Source: Clostridiales bacterium (GTDB taxonomy: Bacteria > Bacillota > Clostridia > Christensenellales > Aristaeellaceae). Taken from it: a DNA stretch of 64,000 nt. The notes beneath the pieces were generated by a model. The model was not told the origin of the DNA and did not search any database. It was given only the letters and a program-made list of their open reading frames with translations. Position numbers and translations under genes: made by a program. Positions within the stretch are counted from its first letter, which is position 1, and every line of letters starts with the position of its first letter. The stretch is from contig SFIM01000001.1 of the NCBI GenBank assembly GCA_004556155.1, forward strand, positions 62,949-126,948, read 5' to 3'. Positions 1 through 9,037 of the stretch are shown here, in pieces.

Positions 1-976
1 AGATGGGGCGAATCTCGGTGATCTTGCGGCCGTCGGCACGGATGCCTTCGTCCAGGATGCGGCGGCGCATGACTTCCTTGTTCAGGTAGTACAGGGCGTC
101 GGCCACCTCGGCATCGCGGCCGGGGAAGATATCGGCAAAGTGCTCGATGGTCTCGGCCTTCACCTGCTCCTCACGCTGCTGGCGCTCGGCGCGGTCGAAG
201 GTGTCGAAGGACCACTTGGCCTTATCATAAGCATACTCGCGGACGGCGGCGGTGATATCCTCGCCCGTCACGTTGAGCGGGAAGTCGCGCTTGGGCTTGC
301 CGATTTCCGCCACGATCTTCTCCTGGAAGGCAACCAGCTCCTTGATGGCCTCGTGCGCGAAGAGAATCGCATCCAGCATTACATCCTCGGATACTTCCTT
401 GGCGCCGGCTTCCACCATCATGATGGCGTCCTTGGTGCCGGCCACGTACAGGCTGATCTTGGAGGCGGCGCGCTGCTCTTCATTGGGCATCAGGACGAAC
501 TTGCCATCTACCATGCCCACATGCACGGAACCCGTGGGGCCCGCCCAGGGGATATCGCTGACGCACAGGGCGATGGAAGAGCCCAGCATCGCGGGGATTT
601 CGGGGGGGATGTTGGTATCGACGGACAGGGCGGTAGCCACTACCTGCACGTCGTTGCGCATGCCCTTGGGGAAAAGCGGGCGCAGGGGACGGTCGATCAG
701 GCGGCAGGTCAGGGTCGCCTTCTCGGTGGGACGGCCTTCACGCTTGATGAAGCCGCCGGGAATTTTACCCACGGCGTACTGCTTTTCTTCAAAGTCTACC
801 GCCAGCGGGAAGAAATCGACGCCCTCGCGGGGGGTATCGGATGCGCAGACGTTTACCAGCACGGCGGTATCGCCCATGCGCACCAGCACGGAGCCGTCAG
901 CCTGCTCGGCGTAGTGGCCGAAGTTGAACGACAGCGGATAGCCCGCAAAGTCCATCGTGTACGTTTTGTTTTCCAT
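1..976 (-). CDS. pnp: polynucleotide phosphorylase, N-terminal ~325 codons (rest of gene lies beyond the left edge)
   Basis: Absent from the ORF track (no stop inside the window). My translation from ATG 976 downward reads MENKTYTMDFAGYPLSFNFGHYAEQADGSVLVRMGDTAVLV...VDFEEKQYAVGKIPGGFIKREGRPTEKATL..RLIDRPLRPLFPKG, the PNPase RNase-PH domain 1. GGAGGAG RBS upstream; lies downstream of rpsO as usual. Confidence 0.9.
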   Translation of the reverse strand, partial: MENKTYTMDFAGYPLSFNFGHYAEQADGSVLVRMGDTAVLVNVCASDTPREGVDFFPLAVDFEEKQYAVGKIPGGFIKREGRPTEKATLTCRLIDRPLRPLFPKGMRNDVQVVATALSVDTNIPPEIPAMLGSSIALCVSDIPWAGPTGSVHVGMVDGKFVLMPNEEQRAASKISLYVAGTKDAIMMVEAGAKEVSEDVMLDAILFAHEAIKELVAFQEKIVAEIGKPKRDFPLNVTGEDITAAVREYAYDKAKWSFDTFDRAERQQREEQVKAETIEHFADIFPGRDAEVADALYYLNKEVMRRRILDEGIRADGRKITEIRPI

Positions 977-1044
977 TGTTTTTCTCTCTCCTCCACATCT
1001 TCTTCTTCCAGATACGGCGCACCTGCGCGCGTATCCATAACAGA

Positions 1045-1096
1045 AAGGCTAACGGGGGTTTGACGAACGATACGCCAAAGCGATCCCGTTAGCCTT
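1045..1096 (-). terminator. long stem-loop between rpsO and pnp (rpsO terminator / pnp leader hairpin)
   Basis: 12-bp arms AAGGCTAACGGG (1045-1056) and CCCGTTAGCCTT (1085-1096). On the minus strand it starts ~10 nt after the rpsO stop and is followed by a U-rich tract. The position matches the known rpsO-pnp attenuator arrangement. Confidence 0.6.
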
Positions 1097-1105
1097 GCTT
1101 TGCGC

Positions 1106-1363
1106 TTACTTGCGCAGACCCAGCTGAGCGACCAGGGTGCGGTAACGCTCGATGTCGGTCTTCTTGAGGTACTCCAGCAGGCCGCGGCGCTGACCAACCA
1201 TCAGCAGCAGGCCACGACGGCTATGATGGTCGTTCTTGTTGCTCTTGAGGTGCTCGTTCAGGTGATTGATGCGAGCGGTCAGCAGAGCGACCTGTACTTC
1301 GGGGGAACCGGTGTCGCCTTCATGGCGGGCGTAGGTCTGCATAATTTCAGCCTTGTTGATCAT
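1106..1363 (-). CDS. rpsO: 30S ribosomal protein S15
   Basis: [68 protein letters not shown]. Internal ATG of track ORF 1106-1534, preceded by an AGGAGGA RBS. Confidence 0.95.
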   Translation of the reverse strand: MINKAEIMQTYARHEGDTGSPEVQVALLTARINHLNEHLKSNKNDHHSRRGLLLMVGQRRGLLEYLKKTDIERYRTLVAQLGLRK

Positions 1364-1616
1364 AGCATGATCCTCCTTCTTGGGGGTGGCGCCCCGTATC
1401 AATCGCCGCGCGCACAGAAAGCCGTTGGAGTGTCGGAAACCCGAGCGCACGGTTCTAAAAACCACGCTTACCATTGTAGCATGGACGGGCGGGTTTGTAA
1501 ACATGTAATTAGAATTTTTTGCCTGCTTGGGCACGATTTATTCATTATATAGTGCATCGGATCGGGACATTATGCAAAATCCTGCAAAAATAAGGCAATT
1601 ATCGCGCGATAAAGTG

Positions 1617-1645
1617 TTGACAAAAGCGCGCCGGCTCACTATAAT
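1617..1645 (+). promoter_or_regulatory. sigma-A type promoter for yceD-rpmF
   Basis: TTGACA (1617-1622), 17 nt spacer, TATAAT (1640-1645): perfect consensus just upstream of the yceD start. Confidence 0.65.
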
Positions 1646-1658
1646 AGTGCTGTTCACG

Positions 1659-2189
1659 ATGGGAGGGAGTGCCTTGCTGCTGGATGTTTCACGCGCTATG
1701 CGAACGCCTGGCGAGGCGTTTCTGTTTGTCCATCACGAGCGGATCGAGCCGCAGGATATCTGCGGCGAAACGGTAACGTTCGAGGATCCCGTGATCCTTG
1801 AAGGTTGCTTTTCCATGTCCGGCGCTCATCTCACCCTCGACGGCACGCTGACGGCCACGGCCCACTCCCGCTGCTGTAACTGCCTTGAGATGGCCACCGT
1901 AAACCTGAAAGTGCCCTTTCATGAAGTGTTTACCCAGGTGGACAAGATAACGCCCGAGCAGGAGGACGATCCGGATTGTCAGGTGTTTGCCAATTCCAAG
2001 GTAGAGTTGAATCACCTGGCGCTCACATTGGCGCTGCTGGAGCTGCCCATCCGTATCCTGTGCAGACCGGATTGCGACGGATATAAGCGCATGGCACCCC
2101 AGTACACGGCTGGCCGGGAGGATGCTGATCATCCTTTCGCTAAGCTCAAAAACTTGTTTAATAAGGATCAGAATGATCAGGAGGTATAA
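1659..2189 (+). CDS. yceD: YceD/DUF177 family protein (large-subunit rRNA accumulation protein)
   Basis: Acidic ~175-aa protein with two Cys pairs (HSRCCNC, CRPDCDG), immediately upstream of rpmF as in most bacteria. Start uncertain: ATG 1659 or TTG 1674, the latter just after GGGAGGGAG. Confidence 0.8.
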   Translation: MGGSALLLDVSRAMRTPGEAFLFVHHERIEPQDICGETVTFEDPVILEGCFSMSGAHLTLDGTLTATAHSRCCNCLEMATVNLKVPFHEVFTQVDKITPEQEDDPDCQVFANSKVELNHLALTLALLELPIRILCRPDCDGYKRMAPQYTAGREDADHPFAKLKNLFNKDQNDQEV

Positions 2190-2191
2190 TC

Positions 2192-2377
2192 ATGGCTCTT
2201 CCCAAAGGAAAAATCTCCAAGGCTCGTAAGCACAGCCGCCGCGCGAACTGGAAACTGACTCTCCCCGCGATCGTGGATTGCCCCCAGTGCCACAAGAAGA
2301 TGCTGGCGCACCGCGTCTGCAAGAACTGCGGCTACTATAACGGCGTTGCCGTCGTGGCGCACGAGGAAGATAAATAA
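2192..2377 (+). CDS. rpmF: 50S ribosomal protein L32
   Basis: MALPKGKISKARKHSRRANWKLTLPAIVDCPQCHKKMLAHRVCKNCGYY. Zinc-ribbon L32, 61 aa. Confidence 0.95.
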   Translation: MALPKGKISKARKHSRRANWKLTLPAIVDCPQCHKKMLAHRVCKNCGYYNGVAVVAHEEDK

Positions 2378-2414
2378 ATTTGCCGCCGCATTACGCGGCT
2401 TGCCCTTTGGCCCT

Positions 2415-2646
2415 TTGAAGGAGAGGAGTACGCCCTAATACCTGGGCAGAGAGAGCGGTTCATTGGCTGAAAGACCGCTTGCGGGGATCGGACGGAAGGT
2501 CGCTCCGGAGGGAGACAGGTGAAACCAAGTAGCCTGTCCGTTTGGCGTACGTTAAAGCGCCCAGAGGCAGCGGCTTCCGCTGCGAAGCAAGGTGGTACCA
2601 CGGGTCGCCCCGTCCATGCAGATGGATTGGGGCGGCTTTTGTTTTT
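2415..2646 (+). promoter_or_regulatory. T-box leader (tRNA-Val sensing) with terminator, controlling valS
   Basis: AGAGAG stem-I motif. GUC triplet (2499-2501) in a plausible specifier-loop context (GAAG-GUC-G). T-box sequence GGTGGTACCACGGG (2591-2604). Terminator CGCCCC (2606-2611)/GGGGCG (2629-2634) followed by CTTTTGTTTTT. Confidence 0.8.
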
Positions 2647-2664
2647 CTGAAAGGAGCGACTGCA

Positions 2665-5379
2665 ATGCCTGAAGAATTCAACATGGAAAAGCAATATAAT
2701 CCCCAGGCGATCGAGGATAAAACCTACCGCCATTGGGAGGAAAGCGGCGCGTTTACCGCCCATCGCGTGGCGGGCAAGAAGCCCTTTACCATCGTGATGC
2801 CCCCGCCCAACATCACCGGCCAGCTGCATATGGGCCATGCCATGGACTGCACCCTGCAGGATGCACTGACCCGCTATCACCGCATGAAGGGCGATCCTAC
2901 CCTATGGCTGCCCGGCACAGATCACGCTTCCATCGCCACCGAGGTCAAGGTGGTGGAAAAGCTGGCCAAGGAAGGCATTAAAAAGCAGGATATCGGCCGA
3001 GAAGAGTTCCTCAAGCATGCCTGGGACTGGAAGAAAGAATACGGCGGCCGCATTTCCCGCCAGCTGCGCCGCATGGGCGCCAGCTGCGATTGGTCGCGCG
3101 AGCGCTTCACCATGGACGAGGGCTGCTCCCGCGCGGTGCGCGAGGTGTTTGTAAGCCTGTACGAAAAGGGCCTGATCTATCAGGGCAACCGCCTGATCAA
3201 CTGGTGTCCCTGCTGCAATACTTCCATTTCGGACGCCGAGGTGGAATACGAAGAAAAAGAGGGCAATTTCTGGCATCTGCTCTATCCCGTCAAGGAAACG
3301 GGCGAAATGCTGGAGCTGGCCACCACCCGCCCCGAAACCATGCTGGGCGATACCGCCGTGGCCATCAACCCGGCCGATCCGCGCTATGCGCATCTGCATG
3401 GCTGCCATGTGATGCTGCCCCTGGTGAACCGTGAAATCCCCATCGTGTGCGATGAGCACGCCGATATGGAAAAGGGCACGGGCGTGGTAAAGATCACCCC
3501 CGCGCACGATCCCAACGACTTTGAGGTGGGTCAGCGCCATCAACTGCCCATCGTGCGTGTGTTCACCTACGACGGCCATATGACCGGCGCGGCCGACGCG
3601 GCGGCGGCTGAGGAGCTGTTTGCCTCCGGCAAGGCCACGGTGAATGAGCCGCATGTGCTGGATTGCGGCAAGTATGCCGGCATGACCACCATGGAGGCGC
3701 GCAAGGCTATTGTGGAGGATCTGACGGCGCTGGGCCTGCTTAAGTCCATCGAGCCTCTCAAGCACGAGGTGGGCACCTGCTATCGCTGCCATCATGTGGT
3801 GGAGCCCATGGTGTCCAAGCAGTGGTTCGTCAAGATGGAGCCGCTGGCCAAGCCCGCCATCAAGGCTGTGAAGCAGGGCGAAACCCGCTTTATCCCCGAT
3901 CGCTTCAGCAAAATCTATTATAACTGGATGGAAAACATCCGTGATTGGTGCATCAGCCGCCATCTGTGGTGGGGCCATCGCATTCCCGCATGGTACTGCG
4001 AGGACTGCGGCGAAACCATTGTATCCCGCGAGGATCCCACCGTGTGCCCCAAGTGCGGCAAGACTCACCTGCATCAGGATGAGGATGTGCTGGACACCTG
4101 GTTCTCCTCCGCCCTGTGGCCCTTCTCCACGCTGGGCTGGCCGGACAATACCGACGATCTCAAATACTTCTATCCCACCAGCACGCTGGTGACGGGCTAT
4201 GATATCATCTTCTTCTGGGTGGCGCGCATGATCTTTAGCGGCCTGGAGCAGATGGGTCATGTGCCCTTTGATACCGTGCTGATCCACGGCCTGGTGCGTG
4301 ACGAGCAGGGCCGCAAGATGAGCAAGTCCTTGGGCAACGGCATCGATCCTCTGGAGGTAATCGATCAGTACGGCGCGGACGCGCTGCGCTTCTCCCTGTG
4401 CATGGGCATCAGCCCCGGCAACGATACCCGCTACTCCACCACCAAGCTGGAGTCCGCCCGCAACTTCGCCAATAAAGTATGGAACGCCAGCCGCTTTGTG
4501 CTGATGAACCTGGACGGCGTGGAAACGCTGGAGGGCAAGACTCTGCAGCTGCCCGATCAGTGGATTCTCAGCCGTTATCATGAATGTGCGCAGGAGGTAA
4601 CAGCGCACTTTGACGAGTGTGAGTTCGGACTGGCCGCGCAGAAGATTTATGATTTTGCGTGGAGCGAATTCTGCGATTGGTACATCGAACTGGCCAAGGG
4701 CGGTCTGCTGGGCGAGGATGCGCAGCGCAAGGCTACGGTGCGCGCGGTGCTCAGCTATGTGCTCAGCGGCTTGCTGCGCATGCTGCATCCCTTCATGCCC
4801 TTCCTGACCGAAACGGTTTACGCCTTCCTGCCCGGCTGCGAGGAAGCCTCCTGCATGCTGTCCGATTGGCCGCGTGCGGAAGAAATCCCCTTCTTCCCTG
4901 CTCAGGAGGCGCAGATGGAGGGCATTATGGAAATCATCCGCGCTGTGCGCAACCTGCGCGCTGAAATGAACGTGCAGGCCGGTCACAAGGCTCGCCTGAT
5001 GATTCGCCCGGCCGACGGCTGGCAGGATGCGGTTGCCGGTGCGGAGGTGTTCTTCCAGCGCCTGGCCAGCGCGTCTGAGCTGGACGTGCTTTCCAGCGAT
5101 CAGGCCGTGACCGAAAAGACCGTGGGCGCGGTGGTGACCGCCGGCGAAATCCTGATTCCGCTGGGCGATCTGGTGGATATCGAAAAGGAAATCGCCCGCC
5201 TGAACAAGGAGCGCGATAACCTGCTCAAGGAAATCGCCCGCGCGGAGGGCAAGCTGAACAACGAGGGCTTCCTGCGCAAGGCGCCCGAGGCGCTGGTGCA
5301 GGCCGAGCGCGACAAGCTGGCAGGCAATCAGACCAAGCTGGTCGCCCTGGATGCGCGCATCGCCGATCTGAAGCAATAA
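2665..5379 (+). CDS. valS: valine--tRNA ligase
   Basis: PPPNITGQLHMGHA (HIGH) and KMSKSLGN (KMSKS) motifs with a C-terminal coiled coil. True start is ATG 2665 after AAGGAG; the upstream part of track ORF 2542-5379 is the T-box leader. Confidence 0.97.
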   Translation: MPEEFNMEKQYNPQAIEDKTYRHWEESGAFTAHRVAGKKPFTIVMPPPNITGQLHMGHAMDCTLQDALTRYHRMKGDPTLWLPGTDHASIATEVKVVEKLAKEGIKKQDIGREEFLKHAWDWKKEYGGRISRQLRRMGASCDWSRERFTMDEGCSRAVREVFVSLYEKGLIYQGNRLINWCPCCNTSISDAEVEYEEKEGNFWHLLYPVKETGEMLELATTRPETMLGDTAVAINPADPRYAHLHGCHVMLPLVNREIPIVCDEHADMEKGTGVVKITPAHDPNDFEVGQRHQLPIVRVFTYDGHMTGAADAAAAEELFASGKATVNEPHVLDCGKYAGMTTMEARKAIVEDLTALGLLKSIEPLKHEVGTCYRCHHVVEPMVSKQWFVKMEPLAKPAIKAVKQGETRFIPDRFSKIYYNWMENIRDWCISRHLWWGHRIPAWYCEDCGETIVSREDPTVCPKCGKTHLHQDEDVLDTWFSSALWPFSTLGWPDNTDDLKYFYPTSTLVTGYDIIFFWVARMIFSGLEQMGHVPFDTVLIHGLVRDEQGRKMSKSLGNGIDPLEVIDQYGADALRFSLCMGISPGNDTRYSTTKLESARNFANKVWNASRFVLMNLDGVETLEGKTLQLPDQWILSRYHECAQEVTAHFDECEFGLAAQKIYDFAWSEFCDWYIELAKGGLLGEDAQRKATVRAVLSYVLSGLLRMLHPFMPFLTETVYAFLPGCEEASCMLSDWPRAEEIPFFPAQEAQMEGIMEIIRAVRNLRAEMNVQAGHKARLMIRPADGWQDAVAGAEVFFQRLASASELDVLSSDQAVTEKTVGAVVTAGEILIPLGDLVDIEKEIARLNKERDNLLKEIARAEGKLNNEGFLRKAPEALVQAERDKLAGNQTKLVALDARIADLKQ

Positions 5380-5384
5380 TTACG

Positions 5385-6323
5385 ATGACTGAAATTCAAT
5401 TCAAACATGAGCCCGTGCTGCTGCACGAGGTGCTTGCGTGGCTTGACCCGGCTGCCGGCGGCGTATTTGCCGACGGCACGCTGGGCGGCGGCGGGCATAG
5501 CGAGCGTATCCTGCAAAGGATTGGCGACAGCGGCCTTCTCTATGGCATCGACCGGGACGAGGACGCCCTGCGCGCCGCCACGGCAAGGCTGGGCGGCTAT
5601 CCGGGCTTCCGGCCGATTCACGGCAATTTTCACGATATCGATACCCTGCTGCCTGCGGGCGTGCTGTTGGATGGGGGATTGCTTGATCTGGGCGTTTCCT
5701 CCTATCAGCTGGACACCCCGCAACGCGGCTTTTCCTACCACGAGGACGCGCCGCTGGACATGCGCATGGACCGTACCCAGGGCGAAACGGCGGCGCAGTG
5801 GCTGTCGCGCGTGGACGAGCGCACGATCACCCAAACGCTGTATGATTACGGCGATGAAAAGTGGGCGGCGCGCATTGCCAAAATCATTGTGGAGCGCCGC
5901 GAGCAGCAGCCCATCCTGACCACGGGCGATCTGGTTGCCTGCGTGGACGCAGCCATTCCCAAGGCTGTGCGCCGCAAGGATGACGGCCATCCCGCGCGCC
6001 GCACCTTTCAGGCGGTGCGCATCGCAGTCAATGATGAAATCGCCCCGCTGGAAAAGGCGCTGAACGACTGGGTATCCCGCATCCGCCCCGGCGGCAGGAT
6101 GTGCGTGATCACCTTCCATTCCATTGAGGATCGCATCGTAAAGCGGGTGTTCCGCACGATGCAGAATCCCTGCATCTGCCCGCCCAAAGCGCCTATCTGT
6201 ACCTGCGGGCGCGTGCCCATTGCGCGCGTGATGGGCGGCGGCGCCATCAAGCCCACGGCGGAGGAGCTAAGCCGCAATTCTCGCGCCCACAGCGCCACAT
6301 TGCGCGTGGTGCAGAAGCTGTAA
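5385..6323 (+). CDS. rsmH: 16S rRNA (cytosine1402-N4)-methyltransferase
   Basis: HEPVLLHEVLAWL...DGTLGGGGHSE...DLGVSSYQLD...ITFHSIEDRIVK are RsmH/MraW signatures. Confidence 0.95.
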   Translation: MTEIQFKHEPVLLHEVLAWLDPAAGGVFADGTLGGGGHSERILQRIGDSGLLYGIDRDEDALRAATARLGGYPGFRPIHGNFHDIDTLLPAGVLLDGGLLDLGVSSYQLDTPQRGFSYHEDAPLDMRMDRTQGETAAQWLSRVDERTITQTLYDYGDEKWAARIAKIIVERREQQPILTTGDLVACVDAAIPKAVRRKDDGHPARRTFQAVRIAVNDEIAPLEKALNDWVSRIRPGGRMCVITFHSIEDRIVKRVFRTMQNPCICPPKAPICTCGRVPIARVMGGGAIKPTAEELSRNSRAHSATLRVVQKL

Positions 6324-6332
6324 GGAGAAGCT

Positions 6333-7196
6333 ATGCTGTACGTAGTCGCCACGCCCATCGGAAACCTGGGGGATATGAGCCCGCGCGCCGTCGAGGTGCT
6401 CAAAAGCGTTGCGCTCATCGCCGCCGAGGATACCCGCATGACCATGAAGCTGACCCAGCGCTTCGGCATTGAAACCCCGTTGACCAGCTGTCACCGCCAT
6501 AACGAACAGGGCAAGGCGGAGGGGATTGTGCGCCGGATGCTGGAGGAAGGCATCGACGTGGCTGTTGTGACCGACGCGGGCACGCCGGCCATCTCGGATC
6601 CGGGGACGATCCTGGTGCGTCAGGTTGCCGAGGCAGGCATCGAAGTGGTGGCCGTGCCCGGCCCCAGCGCAATGGCCGCTGCCATGTCCGTATCGGGCAT
6701 CGATGTGACGGAGTTCACCTTCCTGGGCTTTCTGCCCCGCGAAAAAAAGGATTTGCAGGCCGCCCTGCGCTCCGCCGCGCAGCGCACGCAGGCGGGCATT
6801 GTGCATGAATCGCCCTACCGCGTGCTGGATTTCATGCGCGTGCTGGCCGATACCCTGCCCCAGGCCTATGTCAGCGTCAGCTGCGACCTGAGCAAGCTGC
6901 ACGAGCTGACCCTGCGCGGCCCGGTGGCTGAGGTGCTGGCCCGTATGGAAGCGAATGATAAAACCGAAAAGGGCGAATACTGTATTGTCATCGATTTTCG
7001 CGCCGTGCCGCGCGAGGAGCCCAAGGCGGAAAGCACCCTGTGCCTGGAGGCACGGCTGCTGGATCTGCTGCTGCAAGGCGCGGATATGCGCGACGCCAGC
7101 CGCCGCCTGGTAGAGGAAGGCGAGAAAAAGAATGCCGTGTACGCGGCTGCCCTGCGATTGAAGGGTATGCTGCGCGAGGAAGAACTGGAAGAATGA
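6333..7196 (+). CDS. rsmI: 16S rRNA (cytidine1402-2'-O)-methyltransferase
   Basis: MLYVVATPIGNLGDMSPRAVEVLKSVALIAAEDTR...VTDAGTPAISDPG is the tetrapyrrole-methylase-fold RsmI signature. Confidence 0.93.
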   Translation: MLYVVATPIGNLGDMSPRAVEVLKSVALIAAEDTRMTMKLTQRFGIETPLTSCHRHNEQGKAEGIVRRMLEEGIDVAVVTDAGTPAISDPGTILVRQVAEAGIEVVAVPGPSAMAAAMSVSGIDVTEFTFLGFLPREKKDLQAALRSAAQRTQAGIVHESPYRVLDFMRVLADTLPQAYVSVSCDLSKLHELTLRGPVAEVLARMEANDKTEKGEYCIVIDFRAVPREEPKAESTLCLEARLLDLLLQGADMRDASRRLVEEGEKKNAVYAAALRLKGMLREEELEE

Positions 7197-8131
7197 TGGA
7201 CGAAAAGCTGTGGATCAGGGCGCTGATGGACGAAGGCTCCTATGTGCCTTTTGTAAACGAACGCGCGGGCGTGACGGGCGGCATGGGGCTGATGGACGGC
7301 CGTCCTGTTTGCTGCGTGCGCGCGGGCGAAACCAACGATCCATCCGGCGCGGACGCGGCGCTTTGCGCGCTGCTTGCGCAGGTATCGCGCCTGGCGATGC
7401 CGGTGATCCTGCTGGAGGCGCAGGGCAGCCTGCCCGGCGCGTGCCGGGAGCTTTCGCGCCTGAGCGGCGTATGCCCGCTGATCTGCGTGCAAAGCGCGGA
7501 TACGCATCCGTTAACCGCCGCGCTGTGCGATGTGCGCGTCGGCTGGGGCGATGCGAATATGCGCGCCTCCTGCACGGATATCTGCGCCGCCGACGAGCCG
7601 GACGCGCTGGAAACGGTACGCAATCTGCTTAGCCTCCTGCCGGGCAGCTGCGCGGAGGACGCGCCGCTGCTGGGCGCGCAGACGGCTGCCGAGCCAGTAA
7701 GGGCGGGCGACTGCCTACCCCTGGCGCTGCATGCCTGTGCGGACGCGGGCGCCGAGCTGCCGCTCTACGCGGGGACGCAGGGCGAGGCCTTCCTTTGCCG
7801 CATCAATGGCCGCGTGTGCGTATGCGCGGCTGTCAGCGGGGATGTGCCGCCGCCCGGCCTGACGCGCCTGATGCGCATGGGCGATGCGTTTTCCCTGCCG
7901 CTGATACTGGCGCTGGCGGGCGAGCTGCCCCATGATCCTGCGCTGTATTACGCGCTTTCGGCGGCCACAACGGTGAAGCTCTGCGTCAGCGATGCGGCGC
8001 AGCCGCCGCTGTTTGACTGGACGCTGGCAGGCACGGACAGGCTGCGCGGGCGCATGGCCGCGGCGCTGGAGGTGCTTGCCTCCAAGCGCGATGTGCTGCT
8101 GCCGCGCAAGCATGGCAACATGCCGCTGTGA
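7193..8131 (+). CDS. short carboxyltransferase-like (crotonase-fold) protein, probably degenerate
   Basis: Start ATG 7193 overlaps the rsmI stop (ATGATG). LWIRALMDEGSYVPFVNERAGVTGGMGLMDGRPVCCV and ALETVRNLLSLLPGS..INGRVCVCAA..LMRMGDAFSLPLILALAG echo both halves of acyl-CoA carboxyltransferase subunits. It is only 312 aa, about half the normal length. Confidence 0.5.
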   Translation: MMDEKLWIRALMDEGSYVPFVNERAGVTGGMGLMDGRPVCCVRAGETNDPSGADAALCALLAQVSRLAMPVILLEAQGSLPGACRELSRLSGVCPLICVQSADTHPLTAALCDVRVGWGDANMRASCTDICAADEPDALETVRNLLSLLPGSCAEDAPLLGAQTAAEPVRAGDCLPLALHACADAGAELPLYAGTQGEAFLCRINGRVCVCAAVSGDVPPPGLTRLMRMGDAFSLPLILALAGELPHDPALYYALSAATTVKLCVSDAAQPPLFDWTLAGTDRLRGRMAAALEVLASKRDVLLPRKHGNMPL

Positions 8132-8141
8132 GGGAAAGAGC

Positions 8142-8342
8142 ATGACGAGCATATCAATCTGGGGGCTGATCGGCCTGTGCTGTCTGTGCGCGCTGCTGGG
8201 CGCGGGCGCAGCGCTTCTGATGCTTAAATGTGTGAAAAAACCGTCCTCAAAGCCGGAAACTCCGCAAACACTGCCCCGCCGCGCGCAGCCCTCGCAATGG
8301 CGCAGGATGGGCCGGGACGAGCAGCTCTATAACGGCCGCTGA
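8142..8342 (+). CDS. small single-pass membrane protein (66 aa)
   Basis: ATG 8142 after GAGGGAAAGAG. MTSISIWGLIGLCCLCALLGAGAALLMLKCVKK, then a Pro/Gln/Arg-rich tail. Nested in track ORF 7992-8342. Confidence 0.45.
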   Translation: MTSISIWGLIGLCCLCALLGAGAALLMLKCVKKPSSKPETPQTLPRRAQPSQWRRMGRDEQLYNGR

Positions 8343-8394
8343 TTTTTATAGATAAGCAATCAAAGCATCGGAAGCTATAACAGGAGGATTTACA

Positions 8395-8537
8395 ATGAAA
8401 AAATAGGATTAGGTATTGCAATACTGCTCTTTGCGATCATAATTGCTCTTTATTCATCAGGAATGGGAGTACTTGTTATCGGAATTGGGATTGTAGGATT
8501 GATTCTTTCAATCATAGGATTTATGGAACGCAAGTAA
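8395..8537 (+). pseudogene. 47-codon two-helix membrane ORF interrupted by a 1-nt frameshift in an A6 run
   Basis: AGGAGGA RBS, then ATG 8395, AAAAAA (8398-8403) and TAG. The -1 frame continues as IGLGIAILLFAIIIALYSSGMGVLVIGIGIVGLILSIIGFMERK to TAA 8535-8537. One extra A would restore MKKIGLG... Confidence 0.45.
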
Positions 8538-8550
8538 AATAACTTCGAGT

Positions 8551-8661
8551 TTGTCGATTTGATTTGCCTCGCTTTTTTATCAGCCGCAGCGAATAAGTGC
8601 CCTCTTTTGCCAATTGCTTGTGGTCAAGCTGAACATGTGCTATACGTACTGTCGGTTTAAT
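8551..8661 (+). repeat. intergenic module, copy A (upstream of the 109-aa ORF)
   Basis: TTGTCGATTTGATTTGCCTCGCTTTTTTATCAGCCGCAGCGAATAAG...TTGCCAATTGC...AACATGTGCTATAC...CTGTCGGTTTAAT aligns with copies B and C. Confidence 0.65.
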
Positions 8662-8690
8662 AAATCGGGGTTTTTGTATAGGTAAGGGAT

Positions 8691-9020
8691 ATGGCAAAAC
8701 ATGAGTTTGGAATTATGATAAATTCCCCCCAGCCCGGCAAAAGATATGACAAGTATGAGCCTGAGAAATATGCCTGTATTTCCGTTGATGATGTCTATTT
8801 GGAAGGTATAGGTGAAAGGATTTTATCCGTTGACTTTTATTGGCACACGCTTTCTGTTAAAGGCAAGGGGCTTTCCTATTATGGGATTACGCTTGTTCCG
8901 CCCAGTTCCTTGAAAGCATTTATCGATGCCATTACTGATAATTCTGAGCTATCCAAACTAAAGGAACTGTTAGAAAAGGCAATGGACAGTAACAAATGGG
9001 TAATTCATTATGGACTTTGA
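8691..9020 (+). CDS. hypothetical protein, 109 aa (AT-rich cassette)
   Basis: MAKHEFGIMINSPQPGKRYDKYEPEKYACISVDD...YWHTLSVKGKGLSYYGITLVPPSSLKAFIDAI...NKWVIHYGL. I could assign no domain. GC is far below the flanks. Confidence 0.6.
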   Translation: MAKHEFGIMINSPQPGKRYDKYEPEKYACISVDDVYLEGIGERILSVDFYWHTLSVKGKGLSYYGITLVPPSSLKAFIDAITDNSELSKLKELLEKAMDSNKWVIHYGL

Positions 9021-9037
9021 GAGAGATGGCTTCTGGA

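Noticed and set aside
140-1063. 307-aa plus-strand ORF at the left end
   Set aside because: It is antisense to the pnp coding frame that I translated manually. It has no RBS and a Gly/Ala/His-rich product.
2542-2664. Upstream 41 codons of the valS track ORF
   Set aside because: This region is the T-box leader (T-box sequence and terminator), not coding. A proper RBS and ATG are at 2665.
2902-5376. 824-aa ORF on the minus strand
   Set aside because: It lies exactly antisense to valS, which has unambiguous HIGH/KMSKS motifs. The translation is Ala/Gly/Arg/His-rich low-complexity sequence typical of antisense frames in high-GC DNA.
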